A stretch of 55,382 nt of DNA, filler included, from Sphacelaria rigidula (Eukaryota): NCBI GenBank assembly GCA_964200075.2. It is 5 parts of 5 records of this genome, joined end to end, with 100 filler letters (N's around TTAATTAATTAA, not from the genome) between each part and the next. Parts side by side here need not be neighbours in the genome. Positions count along the whole stretch, not along the records: positions 11,098 to 22,094 come from CAXNAA020005556.1; positions 22,195 to 33,191 come from CAXNAA020005557.1; 3 more parts are not named here. One strand, written 5' to 3'. Below the pieces are notes generated by a model that made no database searches, was not told the DNA's origin, and saw nothing but the letters and a program-made list of their open reading frames with translations. Position numbers and translations under genes: made by a program. This document shows, piece by piece, positions 11,098-23,049 of the stretch (its first letter is position 1; each line of letters begins with the position of its first letter).

Positions 11098-14000
11098 GTC
11101 TAACACCCTTATGATCCTCTTTTTTCGTGCAACCAAATACCCCCCCCCCTATCGTAGGATGACTCAATGGATCGCAACACGTGTAGTGAAAACGGCCGGA
11201 TCTACAGACACTTTACCGCCGACAAGATCCAGACTGTGTTCCGGCAAGGTAAATTGGTCAGATTCAGCGGGGCTGGCGGCAAAAACGCACGGCAGGTGAT
11301 CCACCGGTGGGTCAGATTTCTCACCAGACAAGGGAGTGGACGGCATACTCTTTCCAGGTGTGGCACGGTCAGAGTGACCATTGGTGATTTCGTAAATGAT
11401 CGTCTTTTGTTTTACAGGGATCACCGTCCAAGGGGGATCCAGATTGTGCAGGGCTGGAGTCGTTGATTGAGGAAGTAGTGCCGTCAGAATTATTTGATTT
11501 TGTTTCTTCCGGGATACTTGATAAAACCGTCGAACTCAAAGTCGTCGAATTTTGGGGATATTGAGGTCGAGGATTTCCGCTCGAAAGAGGTGTACGTGAT
11601 GATGCGCGCGCGTCCTTGGGGGTATGCTTACGGGGCTCCCTTTTTCGCCGTGACAAAGGTCGGGGAACTTCCAAAACATTTTGGAATGAAAACACAACTG
11701 CGTCCAGTTGCGTGGATGGGGTCAGCATCGGGGCATGACGGAGCGAAACTTGTGGGCTGCTTTCCGTAGGCAAGCTTGGCTGGTGGGTTATAGCCGAAGA
11801 TATGTTGGGGCGGTTGTTAGTAGAACCGGCCGAAGGTTGGTCCGTGCGTTTTGAAAATCGTGGGGAAGGAGCTCGATCCAACTGATTGAGAATTACATGA
11901 TCCGATGTGGTCACGTTCAAATGAGCGACACTTGGGTCAGCTGAAGAAGGCTTGCTACTACCTGTGCGTGCGGTCGCTGAGGGAAGCCTTTGCCTCAGGG
12001 ATTGGCGGTTGGTCCTCCCACACCTCAGACTTATACTCGGCACTGAAGGACCGAGTTCAAAGCCGGGTGTAGGTATGAGTCGCGGGGTGACACAACTGTT
12101 ACGCGGTGTGTGGAGGGGTGAAGACGGGGGTCGATATGAACGGCCGTCAGTTGCACTCCTGCCTAGTGCCGGGGGAGCCGGGCGAACAATCTTAGTCGCG
12201 GGCTCTGCGGGCTGTGTTGAAACGTGTGTGGAGGTCGGAGACGGGGGTCGATTTGAACGGCCGTCAGTTACGCTCCTGGATAATGCCGGGGGAGCCGAGC
12301 GAACAATCTTAGTCGCGGGCTCTGCGGGCTGTGTTGAGAAAGTCTTTGCTCGTGCTGTCGTCGGCGCGGAAGACCGAAGAACGCCGGCGTCGGCATGTCA
12401 TGGATCTATGCGGTCCGTAGTGAAGGTATCAGGGTTTCTGGTGTTGGGGTTCGAGCTTTGTGTCGGTCCCGTCCGCTGGTGTTTGTGAGCGGAACGTTTG
12501 TTGTCGCTACAATTTTGATCGTTCTGGCGAGGGCTTGCGTGATTGTTGTTTTGTCGGCGACCGCGATTAGAGCTTTTGTTGCCACGTTGGCTTAAACTGT
12601 TACGGTGATTTCGATTAGGTGGGCGATAGTCGCGCATGCGTTTTTGCCATCGGCGCCCGGGTTCATTGTCCTGCAATTCAGGGTTCATGAGATCAAAGGC
12701 ATTGATGCATGGACTGTCGCAGTCGCGCATACTGTGACCTTGAACACTACAGTTGATGCAACTGTTGGCCTGACTGCTGAAGGCATTGCATCTAGCGGAA
12801 GACGAAAGAAGTGGGTTCCAAAAATGGGGATCATCTGTATTGAATGCCGTTGTTGAAGTCAAATAAACATCATCCCAAGTTTTCCTCGGGAAACGGCCAA
12901 CCATCAAAACTTGCGCTGAATGCATCTCTGGTACTCTAAACATGCATCACTGAAGCGGCGACCGAGTCGGGGGTCCATGAAGCGCAAGATGAGCTCGAAT
13001 TCCTGCCGCGAGGCCCTTGGGCATGAGCGGAGGACACAACCGTAGGTTATAAACGCAGAGACTTTGCCACGTATGGCGGGCGTTAGATTACCCTCTTGAT
13101 GTACAAAAGCAGACCACATTGCATCAACAGAGGCGTAAGGCACCTCGCGATGCGCCAAGACATCCGGAAACAGCGACGGCATCAGAGCCGGATATTGTTT
13201 AGCAACGCTATTGCAAACGTAAGTCTAACACATTGCATCTCTCGGTCCATTTTGGCGCCCGACACCCGTAGTACCAGAAACCAAAAGCTTAAATTCGCGG
13301 AGGTAATCCACGAAGGGGACATCCGATGCGACAGCAGAAGAACTCAGCCTCTGGATGGCGCTGGCTTGGTCACGTTTGTCAAAATAGCCTATCAAACGCC
13401 TCTCCGAATCATAGAGTAATATCGGGTCTGTCTTCCCCTTGGCACGATCCGGGTCCATATCGGCGACGAAGCCGTCGAGGATCTGTGTTAAAGAAGCAGC
13501 GATGTCGGGAGAGCGGCGGCTGATCGATCGATGCAATGCTTTATGCAAGGGAGTCTGCCAGCCCTCTACCCAATCGAAATCTTCAAAACGTTGGGTGCCA
13601 GTTGCATCCGCCAAGTGAAGGATGTTACAAACAGTGCGGCGAATGGACGTGATGAGGGCAGAAGTAAACTGTCCTGAATCTTCGTTATCCGCATCAGATA
13701 TGTTTTTATTGTGCCAAAGCTTTTTCACATCCATCTGGATATACTGTCTCTGTATTAAAGCTACTCGGGCAGACTCGGCTCTATCGGAAGCTGGTTTTTT
13801 ACTAGCTTCGGAACGTTCTTTGTCAGCCACAGCGGTTGCTAAAGCGCGGGCTGCAGTACAAGACAATGGATGGTTAGGTTTGTTCGTACCAGAAAATCCT
13901 AAAATGCGAGCCGAGACGTCAGCCAATTTAGGGATCACTTGCCTTGGTGTCGCCGGACCCGAGGGGGGCAGGCCTGTACCAGACCAGTTCCAGCCTGTCG

Positions 14001-15430
14001 CGAAAGATACCTCCGGTTTTCTTGCGAGGCGGGCCGCGGGTATTGTGAGCCGAGCGGTTCGGTCCGGAGCCGCCCGAGGAGGAGCCTCCACCACCATGGC
14101 GGCGGCGTGAGCCTCCTCCATCGTTGCCCTTGTCATCCCTTCGGTGGTTCTTCTTTTATCTCCTGCGGTTGGCACTTGCGGGAGTCCACCCATCTTCATC
14201 TTGGTCGTCGTCGGCGATGGTGGCGCTGGGATCAGAGTTGTAAGCGGCGCGTATCGCCGCAAAAGGTCGGTGACAGCGCGCACGTAACTCTTGTGATCCG
14301 GGCGATCGCCGATGGTCATCTGGAGGACCAGTTGGCCCAAGGTGAGAGCCGGTACGCCTTCGTCGGGGAAAAAGCCGCCCTGCTCCACGTAAACACCAAT
14401 AACGTGGAGCGAGCGTTGCGAAATTAGGTTCCAGGCCTGGCGGGAGCTGTGAAGGTGGTTGGTTCTGTGGAACTAGCCGGTATAATCGGCCGCGGAGCGA
14501 GAAAGTCACACTCGTTTGTTAGGCGCCAGTTGCAGGCCTGGCGTCAGGCCGGCATCGGCCGCCGAGCAAGGTGCACGAGGCGGGCGTGTTGGGGCCGTCG
14601 TGGGGACGGCAGCGGCCGCAGCATACGACGTATTGTTGATCTTACGTGGGATCACGTAAGTAGACGTGTCGGTCATTGGCTGACTGGAAGAGCGACCACC
14701 GGGCGTGTTGCCGATGGACGGTGGAGAGGCCGGATGGTTTGTGGGGCGAGCCACCGACGTGGCCGGGTCGTGGGCAGTCCTGCGTGCATGATCCTCGAGG
14801 TCTCTGAAGCGCTTCTGAGTCGCCAACGCAGCAGTGCGGCCTTCCTGTAAAGCGCGTTGGGCCGCCGAGTTTGTTGTTTGGGCACGTGCAGCCTGACGCT
14901 GAATGTCTTGATGCTTGGCTGCGTGTTATTCGGCGAGGGCGCGTGCGGCAGCGGCGTCGGCAGCCCGTTGTTGCTCGGGTACGTTTTGGCCAGCGCTGGC
15001 GCTTGCGAGGCGTAATCATCGACGAGTTCCAGTTATTCCGCACGGGGGCGGTTCCTGAACAGCCTCAACAGAAGGCCGGTAGGGCAATGCTCGTCGCCGA
15101 GCGGAGGGAGATGCTCTACAGACCGGGGCGAGCGCACGGGGGCATCCGCGACCGGGCCAGTGGTTGGCCCACTATCTGCGTCGGTATCGACTGCAGGCAG
15201 GGCGGCGACGGGTGTTGGGGCCGTGACTGTAGTTGGCGTGGCAGAAGGCGCAGTGGCCAAGGTAGCAGCGGCGGCAGCGGCAGTTGTGGCGGCAGCGGCA
15301 GTTGTGGCGGCAGCAGTAGCTGCAGTAATGGCGGTGGTCTCCACCGTGGCCTTGGCGGCAGCGGTGGCGGATCTTGAGTTCTCCATTGTTGATTTTGCTA
15401 GTTCTCGCTCGAGATCTGTCAATCGATGTT
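11098..15430 (-). mobile_element. decayed retrotransposon gag region, probably Ty3/gypsy-type, truncated by the linker before pol
   Basis: Chain of intronless frameshifted minus-strand ORFs (15033-15422, 14506-14826, 13225-14388, 12904-13182, 12398-12943, 11369-12043, 11164-11424). Zinc knuckle CINCSVQGHSMRDC (CX2CX4HX4C) at 12719-12760 follows a gag-like helical region (PFVDYLREFKLLV). No RT is visible, so the class is inferred. Confidence 0.7.
12107..12338. repeat. internal ~119-bp tandem duplication in the retroelement
   Basis: gtgtggagg..gacgggggtcgat.tgaacggccgtcagtt...gcgaacaatcttagtcgcgggctctgcgggctgtgttga occurs twice. Confidence 0.9.
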
Positions 15431-16447
15431 AAGAGAACAAATAATCGCAGCATCGGAGCGGGACGGCGGGTCGCGGCTATCGCAGGGTCGTCGGTTTTGC
15501 GATGAAGTACGGCCGGATCCCTCAATTGAGGATTCAAGAACCGGTGACGTGTCCGAAAATATATTTTGGATATCGTCAACATGTACAGTATTATCATTGC
15601 GTAAATGACGGCGGCGTGACGGATGCGGAGCAGGAGGGGTGCGCGTGGTTGCATGATCGGTATTCTTCGAGCGCGAGTAAATGCGCGATAAACTTGATCT
15701 GTGCCGCGAATCATCCTCGTGAGTACGGTCACGGTTGGCATTCACCGGGCGCTTCGGAGCGCGCGATGAATTGGAACTGTGTCGTGAATTACCGTCATAT
15801 GTGCGAGCATGAGCGACATTCTTCGGGCGTGTGAAACTGCGCGATGAATTCAAGCTTTGCTGGGAGGTGTCCTTGGAACTGCCAGCACAGATGACGTGGT
15901 CGTGACCAACTGTCGGTGTGCGGCGCCGGTCAGGAGCGCAAGCAAGACTTTGGTTTGAAGTCGAGGCGGAGCTGTACTCGTATTCGTTGAATTTTCATGA
16001 GTGACGAACGGAGGACGCGATGTCGCCGGTCGGGGCGCCAAACGTACAGGTTTCGGCGTAGCAGGTGCAGAATCATCGTTGAATTGCACGTGAGCAGACG
16101 CTGATTGGTCTTGGAGCGTGGCCTGGCAAAAAGCCGTATATGCCTCGATGAGAGCTGAGACTGGCGAGTGCATCGACGCCGATGAATTGCGATGCATACT
16201 CTGCAGGGCAGAATGCATGGCCGTGACTGCTGATCCGACATTGGAGTGGCATCAATCGCTGATATGTCACTGCAAAGAGGTGTCTTCCACACATGGTGAA
16301 AACTAAACGAGTCTGCTGAAGTTTGAAAAGGTTTTACTTTTGCTGCATACCAGTACACGGGAGCTCTGGAGTATCTGATATACTACTGCTGTACAACCAG
16401 TACAGAGCAGTGTAGTACAGCTGCGGTTTCAGAATAGTACAGCCCGC

Positions 16448-16693
16448 CTGAGTGCTGCACAGAACAAAGCTGGTCTAGTAAAGTGGGGTTCACTGTAGAG
16501 CATTATATAGTCTGCGAAGTGTTGTGCATGACATGGTAGAGCCTCGACAGTAAGATGAAACCATCATGTACTATGCTACCGTAGTGCGTCACCCGAGTGC
16601 AGCACGGAACATAACTGGTCTAGTAGAGTGGGGTCCACTGTAGAGCATTATACAGTCTGCGAAGTGTTGTGCATGACATGGCAGAGCCTCGAC
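16448..16693. repeat. two ~100-bp direct repeats, period 145 bp
   Basis: tggtctagta.agtggggt.cactgtagagcattata.agtctgcgaagtgttgtgcatgacatgg.agagcctcgac at 16471 and 16616. Confidence 0.9.
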
Positions 16694-16757
16694 TACAACA
16701 CGAAAACACCACGCACATGTAGTGCATATATCGCGGTCGTGTCAAAGCCTGCAGGAT

Positions 16758-17681
16758 TCACCACGTGCTAATTGATTTCGCCAGACATGTGTCTGAGGTT
16801 GGTTGACTCCACGAAGCGAGGTACAAATTGCTACTGGTGCCGTATTCTTTCGCAACCACCAATCGATGGGCACCTGCGCCCAGGTTCAATCGACACTCTA
16901 CGTGGAGAGAGATCGATGCAGTCGGCGCGGACATGAATTTCGAGTTGTGAATTTGGACGGTCGTACAGTAGCACAGTTGCATGCCGGGATCACCAGATAT
17001 TACGGCACGGGAAACAAAGGCCTGTTGTAGTTGGAGGGTACCGCACAATGGAAGACAAATGGGATCAAAAGCAGGGACCTTCAACTCCGCATACACCCAC
17101 CTACCTCTCCGGCTTCTTTGATAATCGTAGATGTGGGAGATCCCCAAGGCTTGCAGTTGGGATGCAAACACTGGGGTGCTCCTGAGACGCCACCCGGGGT
17201 AGTCCGAACGCGAGATACGGTACCGTAATCGATCCCGAGGTAACCGCGCCAGAGCGCTCCTGTTGTAGTGACCGTGCGAAGTAGAACAGCTGCAGATTGC
17301 ACGTATCTGGTCCCATTCCTCTTGTTCCCGGTGAAGAAGGGTGTTTTGAAGGAAATTGGCTAGACTTTCTTGTATCATAGGCCGACATAAACACTCCGCT
17401 CCCACGCTTTCAAAACTATCAACATCGGAAGACTGACCCTCTGTGCCCATATACCCTCGCGCCTTCTCCGTACAGATGGCGACGTGCCTGCGCCACTTCG
17501 GCCGCGATCCCGTCCGGAACATGCCACATCCGTTGTCGAAAGCACGTCTCGATCGACATATTCCGAACATGAGGTGTCGGCGGATAATCTGAGGGATGTC
17601 GCCGGGGTCATACCGACGGAAGGGGTGCTGCGCGAAAGGAGTGAAGTCCCCCATCGTACGCTGAAGACCCGGCGACTGCAT
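16758..17681 (-). CDS. uninterrupted 307-codon ORF of unknown function, possibly TE-associated
   Basis: Long stop-free frame with no recognisable motif and a non-ATG start in the ORF track. Confidence 0.25.
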   Translation of the reverse strand: MQSPGLQRTMGDFTPFAQHPFRRYDPGDIPQIIRRHLMFGICRSRRAFDNGCGMFRTGSRPKWRRHVAICTEKARGYMGTEGQSSDVDSFESVGAECLCRPMIQESLANFLQNTLLHREQEEWDQIRAICSCSTSHGHYNRSALARLPRDRLRYRISRSDYPGWRLRSTPVFASQLQALGISHIYDYQRSRRGRWVYAELKVPAFDPICLPLCGTLQLQQAFVSRAVISGDPGMQLCYCTTVQIHNSKFMSAPTASISLHVECRLNLGAGAHRLVVAKEYGTSSNLYLASWSQPTSDTCLAKSISTW

Positions 17682-17719
17682 TGTTCAGTGCCTCGGAGGC
17701 ATCAATGGCTTCAGCTAAT

Positions 17720-19790
17720 GAAGCAGGTGTGAAATACCGCGGCTGCGCGGTGGGATGCAGCTACTATCGGAGCGCAGAGCGTAGCAAGCTTAAACGTCCA
17801 CCGGGCGGGGAAGGCGCGACTGATGAACTTTTGGGAATTTTCGCGTCGGAAAGCCATACACGGAGGGACTCGCCATCTAATCTGCCGCCAGTACCTCTTC
17901 AAGAGGCGGGTAACACCCCGCATGAAGGTGTCACCGTTGGCGGCGATAGACGCGTGGGGATGGGGGGTTCAACTCTTGCTGCACATGGCGCAGATGCCAG
18001 AATCGGACTTGCAGTTCGTCGAATCATTGTCTTCGGTTTTGTTGCGCGACACAGAAAAAGTGGGCAAGGGTGGGGCTGAACGAGCGGCAGGAGATGGCGA
18101 ACAGGTTCTTCAAACAAGTCACAAACCAGAAGACTCCTATTGCGTTGAAAAAACTCGCGACTATCGCAGAATGTCGGGATGTCTCGGAAGCGGAAGTGAG
18201 GGAGCACCTGTTCTTCGGGGATGGCGCCGGGCGGAACCCTGCAAGAAAGTTGTTCTTGAACCGCCAGTACCATGTGACAAAGGCGTGCCAGAGCCTGCAC
18301 GGCACTCCTACCTTCACGCCGGCCGGCAAGGAGCTGCTGAATGCGCTGGACGGGTGAGTGGTCAGTGGTCCACAGGGGGTGGCGGTTTTGTCGTGCTCCG
18401 ACATATCGCGGAAGAAGTTTGATGACAATATCGCGTGTTACGTGTTGGGCGACAAGACAAAGAAGGGGGCAACGAAGCAGAAGGTGTACACGATTCCGCC
18501 GAAGAACCTGACGATCATGCCGACGAAGAGTCAAGGCCGAAACTCGGCGTTGAAATCCAACACGAAAAGCAACACTATGAATACCGAGGAGCTACTCACC
18601 GCTTTCCGGAGGATCGTGGGGGTGCCCAATATTTCCCAGGAGGAAAAGAAGATGACGCATCTGAAGCTCGGCGTGCTCGTCCCGGTCAATATTCTTCATT
18701 CCAGCGGAGGTGAGAGAGATGGCTACCGCTGATCTGTGGTCTGGCGGTGGTAACATAGGAATACGAGCTCCCACACGACGCCCCCTTAGCAGTCAACGGG
18801 TCACAGCCAGTGTATGTCTAACCTTGGTTAATGCCAAATATTTTTGCCCCCAAACCAGACTAGTCACCAGATATTTATAGTGGGGATTCCGAGCGGACGC
18901 ACTAGTCTAAAAATAAATTTCCTTCACTCGCGTTCATTTTCCGTCATGCCGCCCCCCTCGCCGCTTCGATCCTTTCCCCCTGTACCGGATGCTCAGGTTT
19001 AGGACACGCCAACAAAAGTCTCGAGACACAGCGGATGTAATCTGCCTGTCCCGATGCCGAACAGCTAGATCCGTACTACGTAGCACAGGGTCATGCGGTC
19101 AATTGCGCCGTGGAAGCGCATCGAGAACCTCATCAGGCCGTCACAGAGGGCGGGTATCGAGCAGTCGAAACTGACCACGCGACCAAAGTGCACACTGAAT
19201 GAACCGACCCCGGAACCCGGCTATTGGTGTTAGTATACGACGACCCCGACGCCGTAGGAATAATCAAGTCACACGAGCAGCGAGGGCGGATGGATAAAGT
19301 CCAAAAAGACGTCAGAAAGTTCCATCCGACGTCAACCACGGCCCTTCCCAGGGGACCAGGCTTCCAAAGCTTGCTTCGGGAAAACAACAAACTTGGATGC
19401 CTATAGGAAGCACGTAAAACAGTCTGATGCAGTGTTCGAATACTGGCAGGGGGGCTTTGGGGTTGAGATGTCCGCAGTGAACTTCAACGGACGGGAATGG
19501 GGTGTGGAGCCGAAAACGAAAACTCACCACAAGGGTGGGTCGAAGGTGGCGAGCAGAGGAGAGGTGAAGCGACACGGGACAACATAGTTTTGTGCTTATC
19601 AAGCCACACGTACGTTCATACATCTGGGATCGTGAAAACTCTCAGATGTGCATGCAACCCGGAAAAGGCGGGGAACAGGGATCACAGATGCAAAAAATGC
19701 AAGTGTTTTGGAAACTACACCCTGAGTTGCGATTGCCAGGGCCGCTACTGCTTCTTGCCCCCGATTGCTCCCCTACCAACGGGCGCGACT
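17720..19790 (+). mobile_element. decayed AcademX-like DNA transposon gene (transposase C-terminal half, XPG-region remnant, Cys8 finger)
   Basis: Frameshifted plus-strand segments in the expected order: TPTFTPAGKELLNALDG*VV...RKKFDDNIACYVL...YTIPPKNLTIM; VPVNILHSSG|GLGHANKSL across a GT-AG intron at 18710-18996; LLVLVYDD; DAYRKHVKQSDAVFEYWQ...GREWGVE; and an eight-Cys finger CACNPEKAGNRDHRCKKCKCFGNYTLSCDCQGRYC at 19647-19751. Confidence 0.65.
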
Positions 19791-20675
19791 CCCACAGCTG
19801 ATGTCGCCGGAGTGAATGTCGGAGCGCGCCGCCGATCTCGTCATGGTAAGGGCGGATCCACGGCGAACCACCGCAGGGGTGAATCCACTACGTGCCGTGG
19901 AAGGGCGAGGCGAATGAAGCGACGAGGATTTCGGGGCCTGCGGTGAAAAGGAGTTGTGATAGGGAGTTGTGCCGGCACCACGGCGCGAGGTTGGGGGGAG
20001 AAAGATCGGATGCGTGAGCAGCTACCGCCGGTCGCAATTGTTGCGATGGCGGGCCAGACGGATCGATGGGGTGGATGTAAGCTTTCAGCCGGGATCTGGA
20101 TTGGAGATTCAGACTCGGAGTGCAGCGGTCTGAGGAGGAAGACTCGGCATAGGGAGCGATTATGGCCATGATGATGATTCTGCGTTTTGATTGAGTGGGT
20201 TGATAAATTTCAAGGCATTTTTTCTGTAGATGCGTTGCACGCCTAGATCTGTTGTAATAGTCAACACTCTGTTGGGTGATTTGGAGGCATGCTTTCTGTA
20301 GATACGTTGTGCACGCCTAGATCTGTACTAGTGGATGTTGTCCTCTGCTAACACGTAGTCATATATCGCTCCTGGCGTGCATAGTGAAGGTGTTCAATAC
20401 ATGGTGCGACGCGCCCTTGGGTGCACAAGTGTATGGCGAGTAGAGCGGCGACGCCCGCGACCGAAACGCCGATTTTGCGATACTGTATATTATGTTGATA
20501 TGAGTCGCACGAGTGTAACACCGCCAAAAGGAATCGGCAGCGAACGATGATACTAAACTTGACCTTTTGGAATACTTTGCAGCACGATAATCGCTCGCGA
20601 ATAACCTCTGCGCGTCAGTTGGTCCCAATGGCGTCCTCCTGAGCCTGCGACCTCCCAAGAATCGATGACATGGGT

Positions 20676-21128
20676 CATATAACACGGGATCTTACAAATT
20701 GGGAATGCATCTTTTACTGGGATGAGAAACCCGGCAAATTCAACTGTTCGTGTCCACACCCAACCTTCGAAGTATGGTTCCATTTCTCCACCTACCGATA
20801 GCCATTGACAACTGCTACACGAAATAGAATTTTGGATTTCGATCACCAAAATGTTGGGGTCCTAGATAAAAATACAATGTTGGGGACCTCTGGGTGTCCG
20901 AACAAACGCCAAAATGATTCCGAAGTTGGTTTTTCACCTAGGACCCCAACATTTCGGTGATCGAAATTCAAATTTGTTTGGCGTGTAGCAGTTGTCAATA
21001 GCTATCAGCAGATGAAGAAATGGAACCATATTTCGAAGATTTGGTGAAGATACGAAGATTTTAATTCTCTGGGCTTCTCATCACCAATAAAAGATCCATT
21101 CCCGATTTGTAAGATCCCGTGTTATATG
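20676..21128. mobile_element. 453-bp foldback element (~190-bp imperfect inverted arms)
   Basis: CATATAACACGGGATCTTACAAAT...ATGTTGGGGTCCTAG (20676-20865) is the reverse complement of CTAGGACCCCAACAT...ATTTGTAAGATCCCGTGTTATATG (20938-21128). Confidence 0.9.
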
Positions 21129-21468
21129 CCGAACATTAGGAGAAATGCATTGGGTAATTTTGTTTTTCCCTCTCTTCTCCACATGTTTCCTCCTGAACCC
21201 TCCCCTGCACCGCTTTGGGCGGTCGATGTAACCACCTGCCCCCCGCAACAAACATCCACCCTTTAACGCTGTATCACTCTTTTGATTCCGGAATGCCATG
21301 GTCTTGCCGGTAGTCGACCATAAATTTTGAGGATGGAGCTTTCCATTGATAATGGTGTTTTCGTGAGATTGAGAGGTCAAGATCCAGTTGAGAGCGACCG
21401 GTTTATTCGAACGGCGCTAACGGGGACCTTTCAAATTGTTCCACGACACTTTGGGTGGTAGCATAGTT

Positions 21469-21677
21469 GAGATATTTCAAACTCGGCTCCCGGTATCCTG
21501 GTTTGTTTTGTTCTATTTTTTCCAGTGAAAGTGGTGCCGATTCATCCGATGAGGAGACCCGTTGGCCGCCAGGTCAGGTCCTCTCATGAATCGCGATCAC
21601 TTTCACTTGAAAAAATAGTACACACCTCGGAGCCAGCGAATAATCCAGGATACCGGGAGCCGAGTTTAAGATACCTC
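21469..21677. mobile_element. ~210-bp foldback/MITE
   Basis: aaactcggctcccggtatcctgg (21479) pairs with ccaggataccgggagccgagttt (ending 21667). Inner arms tattttttccagtgaaagtg / cacttttcacttgaaaaaata also pair. Confidence 0.85.
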
Positions 21678-22094
21678 TGATTAGAGGCTAGGTGATCCTT
21701 GGAGCAAAGCTGCTCGAACTTTGGGTAGAGTGTTTGTTGCTCCGTTCCCCGTCGTCCAAAGAAGACCATAACCAGTCGTGTCGGTACGGCGTGGGGAGGG
21801 TATTTTCGGCGGGTGTAGGGCCGGAATCACCTTCAAGGAGTGATTACTTCTCATTGCTACCCTTGGCGAAGGCTGTGGTGTGGTGGTAAAGTTGAGTCAA
21901 CACGGTGCTCATCAGGCGCACCCACCCCTGTTGTAGTGCAGCGGTATAATATGTCATATTATCCTGAGTGCGGGGATATCCTGCGTTACAAGCAGTGTAA
22001 CGTGTCAACACCCTGAGTGCGGGCATGTTGGGATACGGTGTGTGCGCGGAGGCAGATGGCACCGCTGTCGAAAGCTGGCACGCACACCCTTGAT

Positions 22095-22194
22095 NNNNNN
22101 NNNNNNNNNNNNNNNNNNNNNNNNNNNNNNNNNNNNNNTTAATTAATTAANNNNNNNNNNNNNNNNNNNNNNNNNNNNNNNNNNNNNNNNNNNN
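22095..22194. other. artificial linker
   Basis: N44-TTAATTAATTAA-N44. Confidence 0.98.
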
Positions 22195-22878
22195 CACTGC
22201 GGCGCACGGAGCACTTCCGCATTCCCTCCCCCCCCCCCCCCCCTAAAGCAAATGGTCAAACGACTAAGGCAAGCAAAAAATGAGTACGCCCCCCCCCCTA
22301 AAGCACGAGAAGAAAAATGATGACAGTCCCGGGAAATTGTACGGGCATCGAAAAACTCACAACGCCGTGTTTTTCCCGTTCCTAGGCGTATTATTTGTGT
22401 GTTTCCCTTTGTGCTATGTGCCGTGGCTTTGTTTGTGATCACGGGTACGAGATTTATGGAAGGGGATAATGTGAAGGACAAAAATATAGACGGCGACCAC
22501 CTTGAAATATCACGCAGTGCGGACGGAGTTGGGATATATGCCCCGCACAAACACGAGCGGTGTTTTTTTTGGGATGGAGCAGCGCTGTGTTGCGCACGGC
22601 AAAGCTTGTGTCACCCCGCCGGTTGTTGCGAAGTTTTTTTTTTTTTTCAGTTTGTGGATGTTGATGAGAGGAGACATGTATGTATGTATTATGTATTATG
22701 TATGTATGTATCGGTTATTCCTTCACGCATTGCCATTTTCTGGATAACAAAAGGAGTAAATTTGACAAAAGTTGTTCGAGACGTAACTGACGATTCCTTC
22801 CGGCATTGCTTTTTTTTTGCGCAAGTAATCGAGGAGTAAAAGTGGCGAAAATTGACGGGTGTAAAACAAAAAAAACAG

Positions 22879-23049
22879 GGCGCGGCGGAAGGTGCGGGAC
22901 TCGGAAATGCTTTCTTGTCGCACATAAGGGCGGTGGACGCTATCTACATGATGCTGCGTGCGTTTGAGAACGCTGATATCACGCACGTTGAGGGAGACGT
23001 GAATCCTGTCCGCGACATCGAGATCATCAACGAGGAGCTTCTTCTCAAG
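22879..23049 (+). CDS. OLA1: Obg-like ATPase 1 / YchF, internal exon
   Basis: cag|[57 protein letters not shown]|gtatct, a YchF signature. Confidence 0.95.

Noticed and set aside
17215..17250. YLGIDYGT as a RuvC/TnpB/Fanzor or YqgF motif
   Set aside because: It lies in a 73-aa frame with no further RuvC motifs or zinc finger and is probably a chance match.
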